Source of the DNA: Squalus acanthias
Lineage: Eukaryota
Direction of reading: 5' to 3'
Assembly (NCBI GenBank): GCA_030390025.1
Contig: CM059425.1
Span: forward strand, 165,790,001-165,854,000
DNA: 64,000 nucleotides
Shown here: positions 10,690 to 22,493 of the stretch, in pieces
Position numbering within the stretch: the first letter of the stretch is position 1
Layout: every line of letters starts with the position of its first letter
The notes under the pieces: generated by a model
Told to the model about the DNA's origin: nothing
Database searches by the model: none
What the model saw: the letters and a program-made list of their open reading frames with translations, nothing else
Translations under genes and position numbers: made by a program

Positions 10690-12765
10690 TTGGCCATTCC
10701 TTCCCTGTCTTGGGGCCTGTGTTTATAGGCCCCTCCACATGCACCTGGCTATGTCAGAGTGGACATCTGTCTTCACCACCTCTGTTTCACAAACCAGGCT
10801 GCCACAGAGCTGTGCTATCTGCTGCACAGTGATCTGCAAACAATGGCCCGAAAATTAGACCTAATACGCGAGAGTACGCACTGTGTACTCTCGCGTTTTA
10901 GGTCTCCAATTGCCGGTTTCCTGCATGCACTGCGCATGCGCGGGAAACCGGCACTTCGTGAATTCAAAAGGGGGCGGTTCCTAAGTGAACCACGTGCGCG
11001 CTACAGGCTGCGCGCACGCAGTGCACTTAGTTATTTTTGCAGCTTTGAACGCGCAGGTTAGCATGGAAGATTTTACACATGAAGAAAGGAGGCGTAAGCC
11101 CCTCTTTTAACAAGGTAAGTAGTTAATGTATTATTTTAAAATTTTTCAACAGGTTTATCTTTTTTAGAGACTTTAAAGAAAGGTAAGTTTATTTTTATAA
11201 CTTAATTTTTTCAAAAATTTAATTTTTTGTTTAAAGTGGTTAATTTATTTAACTATACTTATTTTATTAATGTGATGGCTTTTTAAAAATTTAATTGAGG
11301 TTTAGCTGTTCTTTTGGGGGTGTGTAGGATTCATAGCTTTGACAGCTCTTGCTGTGAAAACTATGAATGAAAGATGGTGTGCTGCCATTGGCTCTAACTG
11401 AATCACGTGATCCCAGAGCTCGCACGAACTAATTGCGTCTCTGGGTCACGCAAGCACTGCACAGCTGCATGTGGGACTGGCCTTGAAACTAAAGTTCGTG
11501 TGGGCCCGGAGGAAAAAGGTAGGCGCGGAGTGAGATATCGCGGGGAAGCCTTACCCTCGCGCGAACACTCACTGTTTAATTTCTGGGCCAATATCTAAAT
11601 CAGGGACAGCTCTTTCAAAATACTATAGCAAGAAGATTTCATGTTATTGGATTCTTCCTAGCCACCAGGAGACATCTGCCACATCAGATAGTTGCACTCC
11701 ACACATGCATCAAGCAAGTGACAAATGTTTTTCCTGTGGAAAAGGGGCATCAACTAGACAGGACGCACAGCTTTCATCAGGTGTCAGTGTTCCCTTGAAT
11801 GCAAGGTATTGCACATGGTACCCATGTGGACACCAAGGCCTTCATAACACCCCATAGCCTTGTTGAACAGAAGAGGGGAGGTTGTACGCAATCACTGTTT
11901 ATGTGGTATCCGGCCACAGAAATATTATGCACGTCCAGGAAGAAGCCATGACGTCTTCATTGGGTGGGATTCCTAGGAGCGTGCAATATTTAAAGGAGAA
12001 GAAATACTTGGGACAACAGAGCTATCCTCTGCACCCATGGCCCCAGTCGAGAGACAGCTCCCTGTGGAAGCCTCAATCTCTGTTTGTTGATTGTCACATG
12101 CCATCTCCACCTTTAAGAAAATGTGCCAGGCAGCTGAAACACAAATGAGCGAGTGTGTAAAAAAGAGCAGTAGCTGTGCACAGTGCATCAAATGGTACCT
12201 CCCAGTGGGTGTGAGAGTACCTCACTTAGATTTATGCCATGGTTGATGGGGCCCCACAAGAAATGTGTGCAAAACTTAGGAGCACAACTGCTTTTGCCTC
12301 GCTCCTGAGGGTAGCAAACTTCATCCTCATTTGCAGTCAGGTACGAAAGGCATTGGCTGCATTGACTCAGTTGGCGACCTTCTTTCATGCAGCTGTCATC
12401 TGTTTTTTTTACTGGAGGGTGGCCTTCAGCCCCAACTGCAACCACACTAATTTGGCGCACTTCCTGCAGCAGGACCTCCTCAACATCAAAGGGAACAGTG
12501 TTGGTTATATGTCTCTGCGATGCTATTAGTCCAGTTTTATGCTGCCATCGCCACAACCTCCCCCTTTCTGGCGAACTGCTGCCTCGTTGAATGTTGCACT
12601 CCCCACTCAAGTGTGCTGCAAGCCAAGCTTGCCTGACAATTTTTCCCTGTGTCAGTAGCCAGTTCAAATTAATCCCATCACAAAATCCAGCTCATTCTGC
12701 CTCCTGTGCTACCAGTGTGGGCGTGCCGAGCCCCAATTTTGCCTGAATAGCAAAATCAGTGCTTA
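10690..12765. mobile_element. Decayed autonomous-type PIF/Harbinger transposon (transposase on +, Myb on -), interrupted by a MITE
   Basis: + strand transposase remnants in the expected order: CLHHLCFTNQAATELCYLLHSDLQ, GDICHI, CIKQVTNV, HGTHVDTKA (IDGTH), LNRRG/YAITVYVVSGHRNIMHV (NRKG..SINVQ), LGQQSYPLHPW (LGD.GYPL). Convergent Myb-like remnant (PFDVEEVLLQEVRQ) on - at about 12300-12520. Confidence 0.75.
10845..11589. mobile_element. Non-autonomous Harbinger-type MITE
   Basis: TIRs GGCCCGAAAATTA / TAATTTCTGGGCC, AAT on both sides (3-bp TSD), CpG-rich ends and a T-rich core. Confidence 0.85.
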
Positions 12766-14459
12766 TAGATATTCTGTTGAAAGTTTGGATGGGAAAGAAT
12801 TCACAGTGGAGGGAGCCCTATCTTTGGGTAACCAAGGAAGACCTCTGCAGTCTTTCTTCATTCAGAGTATTCTTGGAGTAAAGTCAGAAGTTTTAAGCTC
12901 TGTGCATGTGTGTCGCTGTCTGTAAATGCTTTGTTTAAAGTACTTAAAAGGGTTAAAGCTGCTTTATTCGTCAGATTACTTTATATTTGTCAGTGGACAC
13001 TTGCAGGTGCTTCACAATGCTGTATTTTACATTGACTTTATCTACGAAGTAGGTTTGCATTGTGAAACAGAAAGCTTTCCCATTTGATTTGTGTTTTTAA
13101 AGTGGCATTGTAATTCTGTGGCAATGCCACTAACCATTGCAAAGGGATTATGGGTGACCTTTTGTTCTGCATCTGAGAGGAGGACTGTTGAGGACTTACA
13201 ACTGGGTTGTACTGATTGGGGGAAGCTGAGCACCTAGACATCTGCTTCTGTAGAATTCCTTACAGAATGGAAGGCCTTTGAGAATGAGAATAATGCAGAG
13301 TACCAGGTCAGAGGCTAGTTTATTCTCACTGGTGTTTCCAAATGAGATCGTTTTATCAACCAAAAAAAGGAAAATTAGAAACCAGTTACAAAAAAAAGTT
13401 TTTTTTTAGTTTAATCTGTTTTCGTTAACTTTAACCATGTTTAAGCAGAACTTTTCACCTAATCCTTTTTGTTGAATTGAATTTTGTTTACATTTAGCAT
13501 AAAGAAGGTAAGTGTAAAGTCGAACTAACAAATGGCTTGGGGTTTCAAGGTATACAGCAGGAAAGGACTGAGTAAAAAGTTTGGATATAGTACAGTATAA
13601 ATATGAACCACATCTTGGGTCAATCTCCATCCTGTTAGCATAGCAGTATCAGTGGAAAAAGCAATGGTTAATAAAAAGCAGACAAAGATTTGCCACATAA
13701 CCTAGCCTGGTGAGTGTTCCAGAACGCGCGCAAAGCCAATGTTTGGAATGCTCCTAGAATGTTCTGCCAAGGAGACTTGTATAATACAGTTTTGCATAAG
13801 TGTGTGTGGACTACAGATGTTGAATAATCATGCTGATTTATTTATTTTTATTTTTCTCTCTCAAATCTCCGCCCCCCGCCCCCCTTCCTGGCACCATGTG
13901 CCATTTCTTTGGCTGAGGAGGCAAACAGGTGAAATGCTCTCAGACTTTTACTGCTGCCTTTATTGACTTGCACTGTAAAATATTTTTGGGGAAAACCTTA
14001 TTCCTCATGTTGAGAAAAGCACCTTCCACCCTGATGCCACAGCCAAAACTTTGTGCAGAGGCTAGAGTCACAGATCCCCTCTGAATTTTACTCTATTAAT
14101 ATCTTTTTTCACGTTTTACTGAAATTCTGGCAGTTGAATCCAAGAACAGCATTGAACAATTTTATGCCTGAATTTGTTTGTTTTTTAAATGACTTCTGAA
14201 GCATTTCAGAGCTGAATAGCTGTTTGAACAAAATGCTGATTGGTTGTATGGGTTACAGAGAAAAATGAAAATGCTGGAAATCTATGTTCACCCTGGCAAA
14301 AGATTCAAATAGTGGGAGACATAAAGTTTAAAAAATATGAAGTAAGAAGGGGTGTAAATTTTTCACCCAAAGGATAATATAGCTTTGGAATAAGTTATCA
14401 GAAAGGCCATTGAAACAAGCTGTATAAGTGGATTCATGATACAATTGGTTGTGTTTCTG

Positions 14460-14672
14460 GAGCTCTGGAATTCCCTCCCTAAACCTCTCCGCCTCTCTAC
14501 CTCTCACTCCTTTAAGATGCTCCTTAAAGCCTACCTCTTTGACCAAGCTTTTGGTCACCTGTCCTAATATCTCCTATGTGGCTTGGTGTCAAATTTTGTT
14601 TGATTACGCTCCTGTGAAGCGGCTTGGGACGTTTCACTACGTTAAAGGTGCTATATAAAAGCAAGTTGTTGT
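14460..14672 (+). mobile_element. L2 LINE 3' end
   Basis: ctctggaattccctccctaaacc...taaagcctacctctttgaccaagctttt...aaaggtgctatataaaagcaagttgttg; reverse complement of 52495-52965 and 59372-59600. Confidence 0.8.
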
Positions 14673-14679
14673 GGAGAGA

Positions 14680-14910
14680 GCAGGAATTGAGGGACAAAGT
14701 GAGAAGGCAGGTAGCAATGCACTGCCTGAGGGTGGTGGAAGCAGATTTAATAGTAACTTTCAAAAGGGAATTGGATATATACTCGAAAAGGAAAAATTTA
14801 CAGGCCTATGGGGAAAGAGCGGGGAAGTGGGACTAATTGGATAGCTCTTTCAAAGATCTAGCACAGGCACAATGAGGCTGAATAGCTTCCTTCTCTGCTG
14901 TGTGATTCTA
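14680..14910 (+). mobile_element. CR1 LINE 3' end
   Basis: RVVEADLIVTFKRELDIY..KRKNLQAYGERAGKWD* followed by a CR1 3' UTR. Confidence 0.8.
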
Positions 14911-15057
14911 GGTGAGTTTGATCTGTGAAAAAGGATCAGGCTTGTTCAATCTCATGGTCTTTTTTTGCTCCTAAAATATTTTCTTGTTCTTGTATTCTAT
15001 TCTGAAAGAAATGTTCGAAATGAGCAACAGATTAGTCAGCATGTGAAAGAGAAAGAA

Positions 15058-15407
15058 AAAGAAAAAAGAAAGACTTGCAATTATATCGCGCCTTTCACAA
15101 CCTCAGGACTCCCCAAAACGTTTTACAGCCAATAAAGTACTTTTTGACGTGTAGTCACTGTTGTAATGTAGGCAACGCGGCAGCCAATTTGCACACAGCA
15201 AGCTCCCACAAACAGCGGTGTGTTAATGACCAGATAATCAGTTTTAGGTGTTGGTTGAGGGATAAATATTGGCCAGGACACCGAGGAGAACTCCAGTGCA
15301 CTGGAGTGTCAACCTCGATTTTCTGCTCTAGTCTCTGGAGTGGGACTTGAACCCACAACCTTCTGTGAAGCTTAGAAGTGAGACTGCCACTTCTGAGCCA
15401 TGGCTGA
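15058..15407 (-). mobile_element. DeuSINE/SacSINE1-like SINE with an internal deletion
   Basis: Reverse complement of the 4423-4845 tail and head; most of the Deu core is missing at about 15290. Confidence 0.8.
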
Positions 15408-16876
15408 CAAAAGGGAGTGCAGATGGCATGTTTGGAGGTCTCGCCTCTCTTCCCAAAGGTCGACTTTATGATACAGCATGTCCATGAGGTGTCACTGAGA
15501 CACCGAGCAGAGTACATTTTCTAAAATAAACATAATTGTAGGTATAAGGTGAAAAATATGCTAGACTATCAAAGTTACTTTGAAATGCTCCAATTTGGAA
15601 GAAAAATGAAAACCAAAAGAAATGAACACACTGCACTCCAGTTATAGCAGATGCAGTTTGTTCGGAGAATCAAATAAATTAGACAAACTGCCTCTGCTCA
15701 GACCAGTTGTATTAATACGCGTGTCATTGGTTTCTCTGGACCGGATTCCAAAATTAACAGAAGAACGGAACAAAAGAATAGTGTTCTATGGAAATTCCAC
15801 TTACATCTGCCAACAGGAGGGAAAAAAATGTGTTCCTAAAATAAATGTGAAAATTGTTCATTCTGAATGATATGGCAGATTTCTAGTTATTAAAGCACTC
15901 GGTTATCGCCTCGTGCTTTAAGCTTGTGTCTGTCCCCCAGTCCTGCCTCAGGACCTGTTTTCTTCATCCACTTATTCAGTACACAGAAGGTTAATATGAA
16001 TCAGTGAAAACAAACCCATAAAAGATTAGATTTCAGGATGAATTTCTGACTTTGGAACAACCTTAGCTGCTTTTAAATGGGTATCAAAGAAAAACATCAA
16101 TGTTTTTCAAAAAGTCTTTTCAAAATAACCAATTGTTTTACCTAGATTCTAAATAGCAATTATGGCCATTAGGACATTATTACACAAATAATAGTTTAAA
16201 ATGTAACTTTAAAAACATGATCCATTTTCTAAAATAGTGTAACAACTCATTTCACCTAAAAGCTACTGTATACTGTCTGTATACTGTCAGCATTACTGTA
16301 AGTTTTGGCAGCAGGAGTGGAGCTTATGTTTATACAAGAAATATCTACTAACAAAATAAATCATTTGAAAATTTACCAGCAACTCACAAATACGATCTCG
16401 ATTTGAGGGCAGAACTCAAGAACATGTTTTTTTTTAAACTGTATCTTCTGGAAGGTTGTCCTCTGTTTCACCACCAACCTTAGTTCCCCAGAGGCCCTGT
16501 GCAAAGACTTGCACTGGGCTTCCCCACCCCAAAGTTTCAATGCTTCATGACTTAAGAGGGCAGAGGGCAGTATTAATGGCATGGCAGAGGGAACGCGCCG
16601 GAAAAAGACTGGTTTGAATGGGAGTTTTAACTTTAGCCGATTGGCACTGATCCACCTGAAAATCTGAACAGAGCCTTTGTGAAAGTTTTCATTTCACTGC
16701 CTACACCTTGTGGAAAACAGAAACGGAACAGGCTTAACACATCTGAGTTAACTTATTGGAGCTTCGGACACCGACTTTTCAAATACGACAGATGGAGCTG
16801 GATGTTAAATGCAAATGCTCTTGGCAATTGTGCAAATTCTGATGAAGGCTCCCAGCTGAAGTGTTAGCCCATCTTC

Positions 16877-17158
16877 ACTCCAGAGACTTGAGCACAAAAA
16901 TCTAGACTGACACTCCAGTGCAGTACTGAGGGAGTGCTGCACTGTCGGAGGTGCTGTCTTTCGGATGAGACGTTAAACCGAGGCCCCGTCTGCCCTCTCA
17001 GGTGGACGTAAAAGATCCCATGGCACTATTTCGAAGAAGAGCAGGGGAGTTATCCCTGGTGTCCTGGCCAATATTTGTCCCTCAATCAACATCACTTTAA
17101 AAAAAAAAACAGATTATCTGGTCATTTTTGCACTATATAAATGCAAGTCTTTCTTTCT
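16877..17158 (+). mobile_element. DeuSINE/SacSINE1-like SINE, 5'-truncated
   Basis: Well-preserved core gctgtctttcggatgagacgttaaaccgaggccccgtctgccctctcaggtggacgtaaaagatcccatggcactatttcgaagaagag. Confidence 0.85.
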
Positions 17159-18254
17159 TACTCATAGAAAAGTGAAAGATGTGGGCAAACCTGAAAGGAG
17201 AAAGACAATAACCAAGCTAAGTAGGGGAAGGGAAAACATTTAACGTCATTTTGTAATTCACTGAGACAGCACTGGAAAAAGAATCTTTCCTTGGACACCC
17301 GACAAAACCTGATTCAAAACATCAACCCCACACATAGTAAGTGGTCTGAGGTAGATGTCGATAATTTATCAACTGAAGAGTAAACTAGTTGTAACGAGCA
17401 GTATTAGAAAGACCTTTTGCTCAGACCACTGAATACGTTATGAAGTGCAAATGGAATTCCTTAATAGTGGCCTTGGAATAATGTTCATTTATGTACCTGC
17501 TGACCTTGATTTCCAATTTTAAAAGTTATTTAGTGTATATATTAAAGGTACATAGATTGTGAGCACAAAATAGACCGCCTCCCAGAGTTCAATCGGGTAT
17601 CAAAGAAATGAACACTGAACAGACTGGCTGAATTTAATCTGCTGGCAATTTGCAGGTTGGGGCTCCATAACACACTTCAGCCTAGATGGCAACGGCTATT
17701 TCCACTCTGATTAATGGGATTAATGCTCAAATGTGTTGAATTTCTGTTTCCTGTGTTGACTGAATTAATGAAAAATGTATTACCTGCATATAACAGAAGA
17801 ATCTTTACTCAGTGCAGCCTTGCTCATGGACAATAAATCACCATAAATAACCTCTCTGACGGAGATGTTGGTTTAAAACTCAGTAGAGTAAATCTCAGTG
17901 AAGTAGTGCTTCCAACAGTCATGTAACAAGGATTACTTGTTGGTGATGTGTTTCTTGGAACACAGGTGCAGTGGTTTATGAAAAATGCTTTTTTAAAAAA
18001 AAAAATAGAGGGCAGCAGGCTGTATCCTGTTTTAACAGTTGGGTGGTTTAATGGAGTCAGCCACTTCTTGTATGGTCCTGGAATATAGAGCTATGAGTCT
18101 GACTGGATTCTCTACCTGTGCACTGATTCCCAGCTGCTAATGGCTGCCTGAATTACTGTGTGCTCAGTCACATGCCAGAAAAAACATACCACAACATGAA
18201 ATAAGTTTCTATGCGTATAAATTTTTCCCTTTCGTTCTGATGAGTTTATGTTTA

Positions 18255-18860
18255 AATGATGATAATGATGATGGTTTGTCCATCATTGCCGATGATGACG
18301 GCCTATGATTCATCACCAATTTAATACAGCCTGTGGGTTGTCGTATGACTGTAAAGTCAGATTTGCGCACGGAATGTTTTTCCACACACATTACATCGGA
18401 TGTCAGATTGACCCTAGGGCTGACTGTTCTTAGATTTCCTTTGGGCTCTCTTCTTCGGCTAGCTGGATATGACTTGCTTCAAGCTTTGTCGTGCCATCGC
18501 GGATCATCTTTTGCCACTTTTTCTGTCATAAGCATCAGTTGAGATACCACATTTTTGTAGATTGGTCTTTTAAGCTACGCGTATAGCTTTCAAACTGACC
18601 ACTACGAGAGTGTTTACCAAACTTAGCTCACCATGGAATACCTTCCTGGGTAGTCTAGTATCAGGCGTTCGGACTAGGTGACCAGCCCACCTTAGCTGCA
18701 TCTTTACTATCGTTCCCTCTATGCAGGGCATATTTGCTCTTCTGAGGACCTCAGAGAATCTTGTGCCACCACTGAATGAAATATTACACAGAGAATACGT
18801 CTGAAATTCCTCGTCATGAAAAATGCCTGTTTTGTGTGTAATTAATGACATCCTCCCAAA
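18255..18860 (-). mobile_element. Old RTE LINE 3' fragment
   Basis: ORF 18570..18851 EVLRRANMPCIEGTIVKMQLRWAGHLVRTPDTRLPRKVFHGEL is an RTE C-terminal motif; GAT-repeat tail at about 18257-18273. Confidence 0.8.
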
Positions 18861-19147
18861 TCGTGGGAAAGAAAGTGTGGCTTTGAAATATGCAATTTCT
18901 GAGAACAGGATTTCATTAGCATTGTGGAGAAAAATAGGTATTTCATCCCAGTTTGTTCCTTTTTAGTTGGTGTATATGAAACTACAAAATTAATTGGTAT
19001 TATTCTGCCTAACATAATACCTTTTGGTCAACCAGCACTGGTACGTTTGGGATACTTTGCTTTTTATTGTATAATTTTATTCCAGTACCCCCACAGTTAA
19101 TTTTACTCAAACCAACTGCTGATCAAAAAGATTTCTATTTACACAAT

Positions 19148-19995
19148 GGCCCAGATTCTGCTGAAAAGATAATGGTGTTTGTGGCAAGTTTAATGGGCAA
19201 TTAATGTGACAATGCAGCAACTTCATGAAACTCATGAAAAGGTTAAGGGCGAGATGCCTTATTAATGCGCAAATCGGCCAGCAACTAGTGGCGAGGAAGA
19301 GATGCCCCGTGAATTGCAAATTGTCACAAGTTGCTGGCTGAATTGCGCATTAATAATGGCGTGCATCATGAAAAAGGCATCTCGCCCTTAACCTCTTTGT
19401 GAGTTTCATGAAGTTGCTGCATTTGCACATTAATTACCCATTAAACTTGCCATAGAAAATTAAGTCTAGCGATTAACAGTGTAAGTACCTTTTAACAATG
19501 TGATAATTATTAATGAATGCCAATCAACCACTCTTGCCCAGAAAGTAAACATTTAAAAGTGTGGAGTCTCATTCCATCAGGTTGTGAATTGTTGTTGGAG
19601 ATTTTATAAATGTCAAACTTTAAATTTAAAAAAAAAAAGTTTTTTTTACTTTTCCTTTCTGTCTCTTTATCTCTCTCTCTTAATCCAATTTTTATTTCCC
19701 TCTCATTTCTCTTTCTGTACCTGATTTGACATTGAATTCACCCACTCTAATTCACCCTCCTTCTCAGACCTCCTCTGTTTATTTCTCAATTCTTTAATCT
19801 CATTGGTTAAGGTGGTACACTGATTGTCCCATTGTCCATCAAGGTCTCAGATGCCCTGTTGCCTTCGCTGTGCCGTTATCAGCTCACACTTCCAGCAACT
19901 TTGTGGGCAAATTAAAAAAAAATCTAAACATGCATTAACAAATCTAACTTAACAGGGCATGCCACGAAATGCCACGCTCCAGCAAAATCTGGGCC
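19148..19995. mobile_element. Harbinger-type MITE with a large internal inverted repeat
   Basis: TIRs GGCCCAGATTCTGCTG / CAGCAAAATCTGGGCC (1 mismatch), flanked by AAT and ATT; internal palindrome 19182-19452. Confidence 0.85.
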
Positions 19996-20904
19996 ATTCT
20001 CATGCGGTGTATTTATAATTTTTTTAAAGGTTGTTTATTATTCATTGTTACAGGTTACGAAAATTAATGTAAATTCAAAACCTTAGGAAAACTTTCTGAA
20101 GGCTTATAATTTGAAAGAAAAGATAGAAAGTTCCAGAAGCAGGTTTGACGCAGATTGTTGAGATGCTTCTTATGATGGCTGCTTCTGAGTAGTGATGGCA
20201 GAGGCCTTGAGCAAGAGATCCGCTCACTCACAGTTGCTGTGAAACTCCTTGGGATGTTTTACTACATAAAAAACGGAATATAAAAGCAAGTTGTTGTTGT
20301 GTATAGCTTAGAGAGGACTAAATGGGAGCAGGAATTAGAAGGAGAGTATCTTAATGCAGGAGATTGAGGATGAAGCATGATACTCACATGATTAATAAAC
20401 TGTATAATTTCTTATTTAAGGCATTGATTATTGTATACTAGAATGACAGCCTGTTTCTGGTTATTCAAAAAGTTTTAAAAATTGCTTCAGTGCAATTAAA
20501 ATCACATTTTAATGACCAATATTGATATTTAAAGAACAGTATTTAAATAATAACTACATCATCGTTAGCTTCTAAACTTTTTCTAGCAAGTTACTTACAG
20601 TAGGAAAAATATCTATTAATAGATACTGACAATTGCTTATCAGTCCTGCCTAGCAATCTGCAGCTCTATTGAAAGCCCTGAGACACTGCCTTTTTAATGC
20701 AAAAAAAACAGTTATTCTGGTCTTGCGGCATTGCACTTTGGAAATGGAGGAGGATTGACTGCAGGACTTCACTTGTGAATCTCCAAATGGTAGAAGTCTG
20801 AAAAGTGAGTCGACCACTTCCCTGTATTTACTGCCATCTTGCACTACTGCTTCTAACAGCTGGTTTGAGCTATATTGATAGACTTTTGGGAGCAGGCCAC
20901 CCAC

Positions 20905-20976
20905 CTGCTTTTTCAGTTGGGGAGAGAGTGTGTCCTGGATACTTGCCCTTGGCAACTGCAGGTTCTACATGGAGAC
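20905..20976 (-). other. Weak candidate exon (72 nt)
   Basis: Minus strand ttttgcattccattag| acceptor and GCAG|GTGGGT donor; lies about 800 bp downstream of the 171-nt candidate exon. Confidence 0.2.
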
Positions 20977-21772
20977 CTAATGGAATGCAAAAATAACTTC
21001 CAAAGATTTGTAATTTTCCTCGGCTTTTATTCCTAGAGCCTAGATTTAAATCCGACCAGACTGATGGAATAAAAATTGTCTCACTGGCTTTTTAGGTGAA
21101 ATGGGTTTGAGAGGACATTAACCCAGTTCTTAATGGACACCAGCAGCGGGTGGGAAGAATCTGTGGGGCTGGGAGGAGCATTCATGCTCCTCCTGGTCCC
21201 GCAAAAATCAGTGGCACAACTTCAGAGTGACCTGCAGCAGTCCCTTTAAGGACTATTGATCTGGCTGCTCAGTGCTCAGTTCCACTGAGTATGGCACGTA
21301 CTCTGCCCGGTGGAGCACCAAAATTGCACCGGGGTTTTACAGACAGCATAGCACCCTGATTTAAATAGCTTAATGAAGCTCTCGCCTGTTTCTGGCGGAG
21401 CACTGGCTGCCTATTTCAAGGCCTACTCAAAAATCAAGTCAGGCGGGCCTTGGACAGCTTGCAAGCGGTAGGTTTTGAAAAAAAAATTGTCTTTTACCTC
21501 CCTGTTTTTTAACATGAACATGGCGATAGGCCGACAAAAATTTCCCCCCCTGAAGGAGCACACTGGTATGGTGGGAGGTGGCTTTCCGAGATTGAGGTTT
21601 GGATTTTCTTGCGGATGGTATCATTGATAAAAATTCTCCATCACCAAATACTGTAATTTCCTCAGAAGCAAAATATCGGTGTGTGTAAGTAACTACTCAT
21701 TAGGCACTATTGTTGGTTTTCTAACAGTGATCAGACATTTATTTTCTTTTACACCAGTCTCTGTAAGGTTAC

Positions 21773-21943
21773 CTAGTTAGAGATCTGCACTGATCTGCAA
21801 AGGCAATATGGACGTTCACATCATGCATGACAATGGGTGTAAGCCCAGATTCCAGTTGCTGCTTGTACCACTGCTCAATGAGGAAATCACCTGCTGGACC
21901 AGCATCACTACTGAACCACTTCATTTCCCAATCCCCAGCAGTG
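21773..21943 (-). CDS. Candidate internal coding exon of an unidentified host gene
   Basis: Acceptor tctccctttctttctag|, donor AG|GTAACC, 171 nt (a multiple of 3). Only one frame is open: TAGDWEMKWFSSDAGPAGDFLIEQWYKQQLESGLTPIVMHDVNVHIAFADQCRSLT. No resemblance to the TEs in the window. Confidence 0.4.
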
Positions 21944-22493
21944 CTAGAAAGAAAGGGAGAAATCAGAATCCATCGTGTGGTCAGCCATTCATCTTGCTAT
22001 TGCCAAATCAAGTCACAACATTACTTGTTAATATTTTTAATTGATCTGAAATAGAAAAGTTAAATTTGTGTTTGGTGGCCTAGTCTTAAACTAGTGAAAA
22101 GAATAGTTATCTATTGATGTATAGCTGGTGCAGTTGTCAACCTGTCAAAAGTACAAATAAGAGATTAAAAGGAATTTGTAGTATCTTGTTTGTCAGAATA
22201 TTGATTTTGTTTTCCTACTGTCCAGTTTAAATGTAAACCCACTCTCCAAACATGGGAGAAAAATACCAACATTTTGTTCTACATGATTGTGTAGAAAGTT
22301 TAACATTTGCATCAAAATAATTAGGAGTTTATTATATAAAGTGTTGTGTTTTTTTTTAAGCTGTGTCTTGATGCTACTACAAACAAGGCTTGGATTAATT
22401 CTCAATGTAGGGAAGCAGTTTTGATTATATTATTGATCTCAGCTGCATTACTGGGAGAGCAAAAGGGAGAGAGTAAAAATCTGAGAGGGGGTC

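Noticed and set aside
16838..16870. ctgatgaaggctcccagctgaagtgtta, a hammerhead-like remnant
   Set aside because: The GAAA box and stem II are degenerate; at most a decayed Penelope fragment.
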